Source: Eledone cirrhosa (Eukaryota). Taken from it: a DNA stretch of 64,000 nt. The notes under the pieces are model-generated. The model was not told the DNA's origin, did not search any database, and saw only the letters and a program-made list of their open reading frames with translations. Numbering within the stretch: the first letter of the stretch is position 1; each line of letters opens with the position of its first letter. Of the stretch, positions 30,590 through 44,157 are shown one piece after another. The position numbers and the translations under genes are program-made. Where the stretch lies: contig OZ024745.1 in the NCBI GenBank assembly GCA_964016885.1, forward strand, positions 41,416,001-41,480,000, read 5' to 3'.

Positions 30590-30750
30590 AACATTTTATC
30601 TGACGCTCTAATAATTTCGCTAATCCGTCCCCCGGTACTTCGTTTTATCCGACGCGAAAGAATGGGAGATTTAAACTCAGCGCAAAAAGCCGGATCAAAT
30701 ACCGCTTGGCCTTTTTATTCTACGCTCAAATGATTTTGCCAATTCCCCCG
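30590..30750 (-). mobile_element. degraded SINE fragments
   Basis: ggtacttcgttttatccgac...tttaaactcag...ctc.aatgatt..gccaattccccc resembles the revcomp of the SINE at 35097. Confidence 0.45.
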
Positions 30751-31700
30751 CTTTATGCGGTGAGTTTCCTGTACTAACTCCACACCTGTACAAAATTTCA
30801 TAATGATAAAACTGATTATATTTGACAGATCTGTAATTTTCAATAGGTACCATCATTTCGGTTACTATCTCCATTAAACTCAGCAATTCGCTACGAGTGT
30901 ATACCCATTCACATAATTCCAACTTTCTTTACCACGTTAACTTTAATCATCAATCGTATACTTTTACTATTTAGTGCACAATTTGATATACACTGACATT
31001 TGTTAAAAATATAAGCACAAATAATACACAAATTAGTATTTCCCTGTGGCTGATGTATGGTGCAGACAGACCCTGATGAGTCCTCAATAAGAGTAAAATC
31101 AATTAAGATTGATCATTTTATCTGCATATCTACATACTCAATGTCTATATTTATACCGATAGTCACGCAGTCTCGGTTAAATATGTTCTGTATCTGAACA
31201 AATAAGTATATATAAATGTGTGTTGTGGACAGTAAGATACTGGAACACTGTTTTTCATGAACAACCAATGATTTTCTGTGTACAAAGATAAAAATATTTA
31301 TTACATCTGTTTACATTTTGGCGGCAAGACTTGTAATATTTTGTCATATCTACATTAATCTTTATATTTATACGTCTGTGGAGGTATGCATGTGTGGGTA
31401 TGTGTGTGTGTATATGTGTGAGCTTAAGATGTTAAAGGAAGACTATTGGAAGTGTTACCAAGTGACGATACTAAATAAACTATAGAATGAAAATCCAGAG
31501 TGGACTTTGAGATATACAGCTAAGTCGACCTAGTATATTATAGACTTCACACTGACTGGTGCTGTAGCATGGACTTCGCAGTATCTGCGTAAAACAAAGT
31601 AATAAATTGTCTAAAGATGCTGCCCTGGCTTAGCCTTAGCTCTGATTGCTGGAATGAAGTAAAGAATTAAAGGACTGCAAAAATAGCTATAGGTTTCAAC

Positions 31701-31747
<47 letters not shown>

Positions 31748-31777
31748 TATATGTATATATATGTATATATATAAATA

Positions 31778-31827
<50 letters not shown>

Positions 31828-31845
31828 TATATATGTATATATATG

Positions 31846-31888
<43 letters not shown>

Positions 31889-31898
31889 ATATAGAAGA

Positions 31899-31941
31899 GC
31901 TTCTACAGGACTAGAACTGTTTCATTCGTGATAAATCATCA
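31899..31941 (-). ncRNA. 5'-truncated hammerhead ribozyme island between (TA)n tracts (family F)
   Basis: Revcomp TGATGA-tttatcacgaat-GAAA-CAG ttctagtc CTG-TA-GAAGC; C3 and the 5' strand of stem I are lost to the (TA)n. Confidence 0.55.
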
Positions 31942-32612
31942 TATATATATATATATATATATATATGTGCGTGCTTGTGTGCATTTGCATATATGTACAC
32001 ATAAGTGGATATTGTATGTTTGTCTTAGTATGTAACTAAGTTTTCCCAATTCATATTTGGAAGATTCTAAGAGATGGATGATTGAGAATGACTTTGGGGA
32101 AGAAAATATATTTCTTATGCATAGAAAGCTTCCACGAGATAACGCTAGCCAAACGAATTTAGCAACAAAAAGGTTCTAATGCCAGGTCGAATGCCAAATG
32201 TCGACCACAATTAAAATGTCATTATTCTTTTAAAGAATCACCTCTTGCTATGTTTTCTTCTCGGAATCTCTAACAGGAATGAAAGTTGAAAGCATTCTAC
32301 ACTCACAGGGAATTATTCTCTCGTGTTGTATTATTGCCAGTTGTGTGGTTTACCCTAATATAATCAGATATCGTACTTTATGTAAAGTTAAGAAAATTGT
32401 GTCATTCGCTTCATTGCTTTATGTTATTTCTATTCTTATGTAGAAAGCAGAATGACTTTGCAAGGGGAAATCAATTAATTCATTACTATTTCTTCTGATA
32501 TAAATTGTGGATGAGTGTGCATTCTAGTTGCAGGATATAAGAGTATATATAAACACACGTATAAGAATGCATAAGTAGACACACGTGCACACACACACAC
32601 ACTCACACACAC

Positions 32613-32674
<62 letters not shown>

Positions 32675-32736
32675 TAGATATATATATGTATGTATGTGTG
32701 TATATATATATGCGTGTATATACATATATGTGTATA

Positions 32737-32800
<64 letters not shown>

Positions 32801-32838
32801 ATTACATACATATATATACACATACATACATACATATA

Positions 32839-32876
<38 letters not shown>

Positions 32877-33250
32877 CACATAATACATATATATATATAT
32901 ATATATATATCGACAGAGACAGAAGCACCGATAGTTACTTAGATAGATAGAGAGCGAGAGAGTGTGAGTGAGAGAGATGGGAAGATAGATAGGTGATTCG
33001 CGTGTATGTGTGTGCCTCTATGTGTTTGTGTGTGTGTATATATTTGTTTTTATAAGCTGACGAAAGAGAAATGAAATGTAAAGCAGAGCAAATACGGTCT
33101 GAACGTTTATTAGCTGGGATTGCTGAAGGAGTGACTGTAGGCACTTATCAAACGACTTTGATAAGTGGTTTGTCAGAACACACTAGCCCTGGAAACACAC
33201 CTTCACCAATTTCAGCAAATAATTTATATATATATATATATATATATATA

Positions 33251-33328
33251 ACGGGTGTCCTAAAGAAATGTATACGCACTTCAACAGCATTCTAATCAAA
33301 GTTTGTATACATTTTTGGGAGACAGCCT
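33251..33328. mobile_element. Tc1/mariner-type mini-MITE (~80 bp)
   Basis: cgggtgtcctaaagaaatgtatac ... gtatacatttttgggagacagcct imperfect TIRs. Confidence 0.5.
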
Positions 33329-33385
33329 ACATAATATATATGTATATGTGCTTGTGTGTGTGTGTTTCTGTGTGTGTGTGTGTGT

Positions 33386-33504
<119 letters not shown>

Positions 33505-34189
33505 CATACGTAAGTGTATCATAATAATAATATAATAATGTTATTAATAATCGATTCGTTTGCAAGCAAACAGCCTCATAACATCATGTGTTCTGGACGA
33601 CTAACGTCATCCTATTATTCCAGCTGTAGCACAGAGAAAAACTATCTACAATTCTTTTGGAGTTATTTCCCCTTATCAAGAACATCCGGCACAGAATCGA
33701 AGAAATCAGAGACAATAACAAAATCAATTATTGATCTCTATCCCTGACCCCAATTATTTCATGTAAATGTATGGATTTCCCTCTGCTGGAAGAAGATGTT
33801 CATAAAAGAGAATCAATTCCAAGAACAGAAGTCTTATAAGGCCTTTCCATTCGTATTTAGATCGGTGTCACCGTTCCCTCCAATCACTCTCTTCCATGTC
33901 AGGTGGTCGATGCCGACAGTCCATTGAAGTTTCCTATTAAAGATATATGGCTCAGGCTTAACTACATCTATCGTTGTAGTGACTTTATCAGGAAGGATCA
34001 GTATTCGGACCCCTTGTTTAGGGAGTGACTGACATCACTCCACTCAACACATAAATGATCTCCCTATGCGTGATCGAAATGTCTTTTCAGAATAGCCACA
34101 ATAGAGCAATCTTGTGGCAGTAGTGTCTCCTAAGGTGGAAAGCTTATGTCTGTGTCTTCCATCAATAGTATCGACAACATGTTTGCCTC

Positions 34190-34790
34190 ACGAATTTGGC
34201 TCCTCGATATGCAGCTGATCGCCAATTGGTAAAGTCATTTGCTGACCTTTTCCATTTCCTTTCGTCTTTGGATAACATTTTCAGAGTTGTATCGCAATGG
34301 TCTTTGAAGCGCAGCTTAGGAGATCCTATGCCCTATGCTCCTTCTTCTGAGACATGGCCAATTCTACCTCAGTCGTCTGGATCTAAGAATAGGGTAGAGT
34401 GATGGAAGATCTGCTCTCTGGAGCACTTCTGTATCAGGGATTTTACCGTGCTATTTGATGTTGAGAATCCTCAAACAACGCATGTGAAAACTTCGATTTT
34501 CTCTCTTTACCTGAGTACATTGTCCAAGTCTCACTCCTATAAACAAGAATTGAAAAGCCACAAGTCTGGTAGATAAGAATGTATTCTTTGATTTGAGTTT
34601 GTAATTTTCCCATGCCCTTTTGCTGAGTTTCCCAAAGTCTGCTGTAGCTTTACTAATTCTTACTTTTAGTTCTTCATTACGGGATAGCATGTTAGATATT
34701 ATGGATCTCAAGTAAACATACTTATTTACTGTTTTCAGAGAATTTCCATTCACAGCTGATCCGTGGCCTATCACCCCAGCAACACAATAT
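34190..34790 (-). mobile_element. RTE-clade LINE 3' RT fragment, degraded
   Basis: 'VNGNSLKTVNKYVYLRSIIS..ELKVRISKATADFGKL..W', 'SETWT', 'FHMRCLRILNIK', 'PKLRFKD' motifs. Confidence 0.75.
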
Positions 34791-35096
34791 AAAACACAAT
34801 ATCTTATGTGCGCATATGAAGTAATAGTCCTCGCCTACAGATTCTCGTTTAAAGCGATATTTCGTACGGTTCTTTCCCTTTTGTATTTCAAACCGTGCTA
34901 AGTTAAATTTTATTTTCATTCTTTAACGGTCGTTAAATAATGTTACTGTCTAAGGCAGCGTTTTAAATGGCTTGTTCCAAATATGGAATGGATTGGAGAG
35001 GTCGCCATGTACATATCCGTCGTTAAATATAGATAGCATTATAGAGTTATACAACGTGCTGAGATATCTGATGATGACCAACAACATTATTATCAT

Positions 35097-35285
35097 GGTG
35101 GATTGGCAGTATCGGTAGAGAGTCGGACGCCATGCTTTCCAGCATAGTTACGTCCCTTTACGGTCTGAGTTCAAATCCCGCCGAGGTTAACATTGCCTTT
35201 CATCCTTACGGGGTCGATAAAATAAAGTACCAGTAATGTACTGGGTTATTGCTGGCCTTGTGCCTAAAGTAGAAACAATTATTAT
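35097..35285 (+). mobile_element. tRNA-type SINE, full copy
   Basis: ggtggattggcagtatcggtagag...gagttcaaatccc (B box)...gctggccttgtgcctaaagtagaaacaattatta tail; close to 51063-51250. Confidence 0.8.
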
Positions 35286-35894
35286 CATGACTATCATCAT
35301 CATCATCATCAATAACATGATGATTATGATGTCATTTAAACACCTTTTCAATGCATCTATACATAACGTATGCAATATAGTTCCACATAATATTATTTGT
35401 TAACGTTTTATTTCTTTAATTTATGATTGTCACAGTCAGTTGATTTCTGTAAATTTCTCTAAAGATCGATATGTTTAATTTTGCGTTGTAAAGCAAAATG
35501 TATCATTGATGTGTAAGGTTGCATCAAAGAGAAACTGAAACAACAAGTTACATTGATTGGAATGAACAATAATCAAGTATTTCTAGTTTTTAATGTGAAT
35601 TACGAGCCATATCAATGTCCAGTTAGCTACTATTAATAATATCTAAAATATATTACAACATATTAGTTATCAATTAAGACAAATACATACATATATACTA
35701 CATATATATATATATATATGTATGTGTGTATGCCTGTGTGTGTATGTGTGTGTGAGTGTGAGTATGTGTGTATGTGTGGGTGTGCGCGCGCCTGTGTGTG
35801 TATGTGTGTGAGTGCGCGTGAGCGTGTGTGGATGAGCGTGTGTGAGTGAGCGTGAGCGTGTGTGAGTGTGAGTGTGTGTGTTTGTGTGTGTGTG

Positions 35895-35969
<75 letters not shown>

Positions 35970-36304
35970 GTATGTGTGTGAGTGTGTGAATGTGTGTGTG
36001 TGTGCGCGCGTGTGTGTGTGCGTGAGAGTGTATGAATGTATCTATATATCTATATAATTAGATTCCTTTTAGTGTCCTGAAAAGATTTAAATATAAGATA
36101 TTTTCCAATATCAATACTCAGGTATAGATGATATTTTTGTCTGATAACTTTTAGATCTTTAAAATCACTTTACACATGAGGTAATTGCTTATCATGATAG
36201 TATTCATATGTATGAATATATGCATATGTGGGTGGATGTGTTGCAAGAGTGTCAGTGCTTATGTTTGCACATGTTAACTCTAGCACTGATATATATCGGT
36301 TCTC

Positions 36305-36380
<76 letters not shown>

Positions 36381-37329
36381 ATGTGTGTGTATGTGTGTGT
36401 ATAAAAAAAAATAAAATAAGATGCTGAGGTTACATGTATTGTTTAATCATAATAATCATTTCTACGGTTCTCCATGCAATCGAGATCTCTTTCATGCATT
36501 TGCTGTTGATTATGAGGACGGTTTCCTCAAATGAAGATCGATATAGTTGATATGTCGCTGGCAGGAAAACACACATCCTAACGCCTGTGCGCCCAGCATA
36601 CATATGAGTTCCTTGAAAGGTTTGCCAGCCATCGTGTTCGTTAGAAAAAGCTATCACCGAAAAAAGACGAAAAGGACGAAGAACCGCGTGCACCCAAAAC
36701 CCAGTAGACAGTTGAAGGAACACAAGGAGCTCTGAGGGGGCGGGGGTATACATTTAGTTGACGATCACCTATATACAACAACAACAACGACAACGACAAT
36801 GACAATAACATCAAACCGCCGACCAAAGTTATCCACACTGGTCGCAATAGGCGTGCTGGTACCATCACCCTATTGACAATAACAACTAAAACAACAGCTA
36901 CAGTAAAAACACTTACGACAACAGCAACAAACGACAACAACAGCAAAAACACAGACCAGCGTCGTGTATACAGGTCGTAGTCGTCGCAGTGACGGTACCA
37001 CCCTGTTGACCGTAAACAGCGATAACGCCAAAGCAATAAAAAGGTGTTTAGAGGTAGGTGGGTACACAGATTTGTTGGTATCAATCACCATGACCATAAA
37101 CAGTAACAACAACAATGACAACGACAACAAACATCAACACCGCCCATCACCCATCCCGTTCGTTGTAGTAGTGATGGTATCAACTATGTCAGTATTAAGC
37201 CATTAGTAACACCCCAATAACAACAAGAAGACCAGCGATGACTCCACCACGGCGACGGCGGCAACAGGAAAAAAAGCCACGCTTCCATGAAAATTAAACT
37301 AACCACAATAGTAATCCGATGAAACAAGG

Positions 37330-39700
37330 AGGTGAAAATGGGATAGAAAACATTCCCAGTTAATACAATCCTCCTCTATCACTGGAAGGCACAAGGCCAG
37401 CAATGATCATAGCATTCAGTCCCAACCACAGTGGCAACAATACTATCAAAAGGGCTGTTAGGCCATGGAAGAGAGTTACGGGCAGCGAAAGTAGGAACAG
37501 GAACAAATAGAAAAAACGAGAACACATATAGAGAACACAATAATAAAGGAACGGGACAAAATACATAAAAGTACAGCAGTAGGTATATAAATAGAGGAAT
37601 AAGGAACAAAGGACAAGAAATAAGTACACAAAGACTCCAGGTGTGCAAACAAGATATTCAAGGTTTGCCTGACGCTGGGGTTGCCGCGAGACTATGCCCG
37701 GCTTCCACGGACTAGATTGCAAAAGTGTTCAACTAGCACGACTACGTTGCTAGTCCGTACAGTTTGAGGAAGGTTCCAGAAGATCTGTGGAGGCAGGTGC
37801 TGAAGAGGTTACTCCTTTTATTGATAACTCGAGCTCCCCCCCCTTGATTATTTCCATAATCTCGGTGGCACACAAATCGCACGAGTCATGTCCACCCTCT
37901 CTGTAGGGTTTAGCCGATGCTACCTTGGACCACGACATGGTGAATTCTACGTTATCCCGTTTGAGACGTGACACTAGATGCCGCACTGTGCCTCTTATCC
38001 GCCCTCCTAAAGGTGGCAGTGATTGTACCAGCGTTCCTTAAACTTATTAGCCGTGGCTCCGATATAGGTGACGGCATGGTTGCTGGTATTCACCCTACAT
38101 TAATATGCTAAGCCACTGCCGAGGCACCTACCCTCCAGGGGGAAGCTACCGGGGTTTCTACAATTACAACCCGGAGGGGTGTTGCCGCCTGTATCACCGG
38201 AACGCGTTGTGTGATTCCCCGGTCTTTCACGGTCCAAGACGTTACCAACAGAGGAAGAGGTATTTGCGCGGTGCGTCTTCTCACAGTTGCTGTTTCCCCT
38301 GGAGTTGCGAACGTATTTTAATCTACTGCAGTTCAAGGCTTCTATGTTTTGCGCTAGGTTTCTAGTTGTGCAGTAGGAAAATTTAACCGTGTGCCTGTTG
38401 AAGATGGCGTGGTATCGGTGTTGCTTATGGAAGTTATTATCCAAAGCCCTGAAGAAAGAGGGCGCTAGGTTGTTGCGTAAACCGGCGTAAAAGGGGGGGG
38501 GTTAAACCAAATGACATTACGGGAACGGGTTCGCTTCTTGTTGTAGTCACCAGTCCCTGCACCCGTTCTGTCAGAGTATGTGTTATGTATACGCTGTGGA
38601 CGTCTGAAATAGCCATGCCCCCCAATTCGTCGCTGCCCGCTGGGTTAGTTACGCCGGTCGGAGCACCCCGAGCTGAGTGATCCCCGCTCATAGCGAGTGA
38701 GGCGGTTAGTACCTTCCACGCTCACTTCCGGGCCCACACATGTCCCCTGCGGCTTCACGACGTCAGCTTCACTGCTTTCCAAAGTAGGCGAGGTCCGATC
38801 CCTTCCTGATAGGCCATGGTTAGCAGTTCCTCCAGGATTACTCAGTGGTGTTGTATCAGGGACGAGTAATGAAATCCTAGTCGTGTTGATCCCGTCGTTG
38901 TTTCCCACTGAAGAGTTACCGTCAGCGCTACCGTAATTCATTAGACTAGGTATAAACTTAATTCCTTCCTTGTACCCAGGATTACTAAGGGCAGTATTAT
39001 AGTAGCTAGCTACGCTATTGAAGGTTTCCTCGCTAGCTGACAGAGATGAAATTCTACGGGATAGGCTATTAACAATGGCCCTCCTGACTGACCCGTGATG
39101 GTTGGAGTTGACATTCACGTACTTGAGGCACTCGTTCGGCTTGTGGTACGGGTAGTAGTGGCCGGACTCTAGATTGAGGGTAACATCTAGGAAGCTGACT
39201 ACCTTTCTATTATTTTCCGTCTATGCTGAGGCCTAGGTTTTTGAAAAATTTAATCAAGTTCTTTCTAGTCCTATTTATTATGCTGTTGCTGTGGTCGAGT
39301 AGCGTAAACAACGCATCGTGGCGGTATATTCCACCGCCTAAAGAAGGGATCTCGCTTTTCAGGTCACTGAGGATGTAGAGGCCCACCAGGTCACTAACCT
39401 GCGCCGAGTCGCTCGATCCCATCGTGATGTCAAAATTGTCCGGCCACTCTCTACTAGTCCAGAGCTAACAGTCGAAACCTATCAGTGTCCTCCTGGTAGG
39501 ATGGATGATGGTAATTTCATCCCTGGTTAAATCAGTATGCCTGCATGCAAACATAAGTGCCTTGTTAAGAACGACCGGCGATACGGATGCGTAATAGTTA
39601 CATATATCAAGCTGTACAAAATTTATCCTACCTTTGCACTGCAGGCCGTTAAACCACTCAATCACTTCCCCGTTCTGGACCATTGCTGTAATTGGATCTT
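37330..39700 (-). mobile_element. Penelope-like element (RT plus C-terminal GIY-YIG), 5'-truncated and degraded
   Basis: 'QLDICNYYAS', 'FDITMGSSDSAQVSDLVGLYIL', 'GIYRHDAL' (YRDD-like), 'FLDVTLNL', 'YVNVNSNH', 'WFNPP', 'SYCTTRNL', 'CNCR..PLEGRC', 'TYIGATANKFKERWYNH', 'CDLCATE'; multiple frameshifts and stops. Confidence 0.88.
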
Positions 39701-39728
39701 TTTTCTATATAAATATATTTATATATAG

Positions 39729-39776
<48 letters not shown>

Positions 39777-39779
<3 letters not shown>

Positions 39780-40125
39780 AACGGCGATGAATTAGTTTTG
39801 CGAGGTTTTTGATATGAAATCGTGTGTCGAAACAAATAAAGATGGCGTAGAAAATACAATGTAACGGGAGGAAACAATAGCACCACTGACGATGTTGCAG
39901 ATGTGCAACGAAAGAACTTTGATAAACTATATATATGTGTTTGTGTCTATATTGTATCTGTATTATTTTTGACCGTTGGTCAGTCAATGGCAACATTGAG
40001 GACCGAATAAATTAGATTACCGATATAAAAGACACAGAAGCGAAAAGCGAAAACCAACCAAACAGGGAGTGTGTTTTGTTATTAATTCTGGCAATATTAC
40101 ACAAATATGACCCTCCCCGAGTATA
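39777..40125 (+). mobile_element. non-coding PLE pseudo-LTR-like fragment related to the 27901-29602 element
   Basis: 39787-39835 resembles 27908-27960; aagatggcgtag and the HHR are shared with 29368-29465; (TA)n on both sides. Confidence 0.6.
39882..39923 (+). ncRNA. minimal type I hammerhead ribozyme (family E variant)
   Basis: ACCA-CTGACGA-t-GTTGCA gatg TGCAAC-GAAA-GAAC-TT-TGAT; stem II covaries versus 29423; stem I has one mismatch. Confidence 0.7.
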
Positions 40126-40149
40126 ACAGTATATATATATATGTATATA

Positions 40150-40323
<174 letters not shown>

Positions 40324-40818
40324 GGTAGGGTATGTACATTCGTGTTGGATGGTATAACTAATAGCTAACTGGGACTGTAATGCGTATCTTCCATCAAAGA
40401 TGTAGTATCTCGTGGTCGGTACAGGATCAGAGTTTAATACTTCCATGAAAATATAAGACTGAATAACTTCATTTAATGTTGCAAAATTATATATTACGTA
40501 TTTCTGTGGCTGACGTACTTTATCAGACTATGATGTAAGGCATTCAGTGACGTCGTCAGATGTTATGAACAAAAAGTTAAGTTAAGTAAGTCTTTCAGCA
40601 AGATATAAACAAAGAATGGGTATGAGGCAGCACGCCTAGCAATGCCACCATTTCGACGGAGAGTGAGTGCGATAGAATGACAGAAAGAAATGTAAATAAA
40701 TATTTTTTGATTGATAGACAATGATACAGACACACAGACAGGCAAATATATATATATGTAGATATATATATATACGTACGTACAAGCATGCACACATACA
40801 TCATATATATATATATAT

Positions 40819-40897
<79 letters not shown>

Positions 40898-40978
40898 TAT
40901 ATACATATATATACCTATATAGATACATATATATACATATATATATACATATATGTATACATATATATGCATATATAC

Positions 40979-41072
<94 letters not shown>

Positions 41073-41595
41073 ATACTGCATTAATTATCTGCAGTGCTTC
41101 TTTCTTTCTTTGTATGTCTGTGTATGAGTATTTGTGTTTCATTTCTGTTAAATCTCCTTGTCTAGCCTAATGTATTTCAATGTTTACTATGGAAGAAATA
41201 TAGGAAGTAATTTACAGAGGAAATCAGAGCTTGCTGCACTATAATTAATGTGCATCAGATTGATTTGACACAATCAGTTATATTGGAAGACATTACTTTA
41301 TTTTTAATGATTTTGTTTTGTTTAATCACAGTAATTTATAATTGAAAATTCTTTTATAAATCTATTAATGATAATATTGGCGGTGTTTATGTGCCGAAAC
41401 AAAGACGCCATTTACAAGACCAATAATTCATTAGAATATTTATCAGTACGAATGATAAATTCAAAGTCCGACTGTGTTAAAGTAGAAGAAGACGTAGAAG
41501 AAATATATGTGACTAAATATGTGAACAATACTTATTGTGAGATATTAATATATATGTATATATATGCATATATATATATACACATATATATATAT

Positions 41596-41676
<81 letters not shown>

Positions 41677-41682
41677 TATATG

Positions 41683-41714
<32 letters not shown>

Positions 41715-41730
41715 CATATATGCGTATATG

Positions 41731-41762
<32 letters not shown>

Positions 41763-41931
41763 CATATATATACATATATATATATATACATATATGCGTA
41801 TATGTATATATATATATATACATATATGCGTATATGTATATATATATATACATATATATATATACATATATGCGTATATATATATATATACATATATATT
41901 TATATATTCATATATATACATGCATATATAT

Positions 41932-41967
<36 letters not shown>

Positions 41968-41968
<1 letters not shown>

Positions 41969-42549
41969 AGTTGAAAAAATGAAAACGAAATTTCATTTCT
42001 CACTCTTAGTATGGCACTTACTTAAATGTAAGTATGTATGTATACGTACATACATATATGTATACAGACGTACAGTAGCATGCATATATATATACACATA
42101 TATACACATATGCATACAGGTACACATACATATATGCACGCATCAGTTTAGCCGACGTTTATTATAACGCCTGCTTTGTTCGTTTGTTTGTCAACAAATC
42201 GAACAGCCTGAATTTATGCCATACGGTGTTAAGGCAACCACGTCACCTTTTTGTTCAACACTGACACAGGAACGATGTACTAGTTTTAAGCTCGTTAGCT
42301 ATCATCAGCACCGTTTACCCATCTGCCAGATAGTTGAACGTTCGAAAGTATATACTTTCCTTATGAAAATTAACGGCTGAGCAGCCTAATTTGCATATTG
42401 AGTGAGTTAAATCGGTCAGGCATACCGAAAACGATAAGTTGAAAAAAATGAAAACGAAATTTCATTTCTCACTCTTAGTATGGCACTTACTTAAATGTAA
42501 GTATGTATGTATACGTACATACATATATGTATACAGACGTACAGTAGCA

Positions 42550-42623
<74 letters not shown>

Positions 42624-42735
42624 TACACATATGCATACAGGTACACACACATATATGCACGCATCAGGCGTTATAATAAACGTCGGCTAAACTGATGCGT
42701 GCATATATGTATGTGTACCTGTATGCATATGTGTA

Positions 42736-42805
<70 letters not shown>

Positions 42806-43252
42806 TGCTACTGTACGTCTGTATACATATATGTATGTACGTATACATACATACTTACATTTAAGTAAGTGCCATACTAAGAGTGAGAAATGAAATTTCG
42901 TTTTCATTTTTTTCAACTTATCGTTTTCGGTATGCCTGACCGATTTAACTCACTCAATATGCAAATTAGGCTGCTCAGCCGTTAATTTTCATAAGGAAAG
43001 TATATACTTTCGAACGTTCAACTATCTGGCAGATGGGTAAACGGTGCTGATGATAGCTAACGAGCTTAAAACTAGTACATCGTTCCTGTGTCAGTGTTGA
43101 ACAAAAAGGTGACGTGGTTGCCTTAACACCGTATGGCATAAATTCAGGCTGTTCGATTTGTTGACAAACAAACGAACAAAGCAGGCGTTATAATAAACGT
43201 CGGCTAAACTGATGCGTGCATATATGTATGTGTACCTGTATGCATATGTGTA

Positions 43253-43320
<68 letters not shown>

Positions 43321-43372
43321 TGCTACTGTACGTCTGTATACATATATGTATGTACGTATACATACATACTTA
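41968..43372. mobile_element. Family A HHR element in palindromic arrangement (~1.5 monomers per arm)
   Basis: 41968-42667 and 42664-43372 are inverted near-identical arms; monomer about 470 bp; HHR at 42271-42315(-) and 43040-43084(+), both with G12>A (AAAA in place of GAAA). Confidence 0.85.
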
Positions 43373-43393
43373 CATATATATATATATATATAT

Positions 43394-43525
43394 AACAAAG
43401 GCATTGTGGTAAGGAACCAGATGGACCATAACGCACCAGAGTACTCAATTCTTAGGGTAGCAGTAGTCCAGAAATAGTCATCGAAACGGCTTTAGCTCTG
43501 TCGTCGGGGTCATACTTTTTCCTAT
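43394..43525 (+). mobile_element. internally deleted copy of the 7601-7795 palindromic repeat
   Basis: Same leader aacaaagg.attgtggtaaggaaccagatgga and the right hairpin arm. Confidence 0.7.
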
Positions 43526-43730
43526 ATATATATACATATATATGTATATATATACATACTACTGTACGTCTGTATACATATATGTATGTACGCATGCATA
43601 CTTATATTCAAGTAACAGCCGTACTAAGAGTGATATATATATATATACATGTATATATATACATATACATACATATATATATATATACATATACATACAT
43701 ATATATACATATACATACATATATATACAT

Positions 43731-43788
<58 letters not shown>

Positions 43789-43886
43789 TTTGTTATATAT
43801 CTGACTGCTTAGGTCATTCAACGAAATCATTAGCATAATAGATAATAAACGCAAAATTCCATTACCGTGAATACAACTACTACTGC

Positions 43887-43950
43887 TTACCAGTAATGCA
43901 CTGCGTAATTGCTGGCCTTGTGCCTAAAGTAGAAACAATTATTATTATTG
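43887..43950 (+). mobile_element. SINE 3' end with (TTA)n tail
   Basis: taccagtaatgcactg.gtaattgctggccttgtgcctaaagtagaaacaattattattattg matches the 3' end of the SINE at 35097. Confidence 0.7.
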
Positions 43951-44157
43951 TTGTTGGTGAAGCCACGCTTTTTATCGCCTCCAGTTTTTTTTTAACGTTT
44001 TACCTCGTTTTCAACCGTTCTAAACCTTTTAATCAAGTTTTAAATTTGATAAAAGTTTAGAAGAAGTGACCCACCTAATACAGGTGTTCACTAGTAAATA
44101 ATGTGTCGTATTCGTATTCGTATTTGTGTAAAAATATTTGTTTTCTTAAATTTCAAC

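Noticed and set aside
31068-31110. CTGATGAGTCCTC...GAGTAAAA as a hammerhead
   Set aside because: GAAA, stem III and stem I cannot be formed; at best a decayed remnant.
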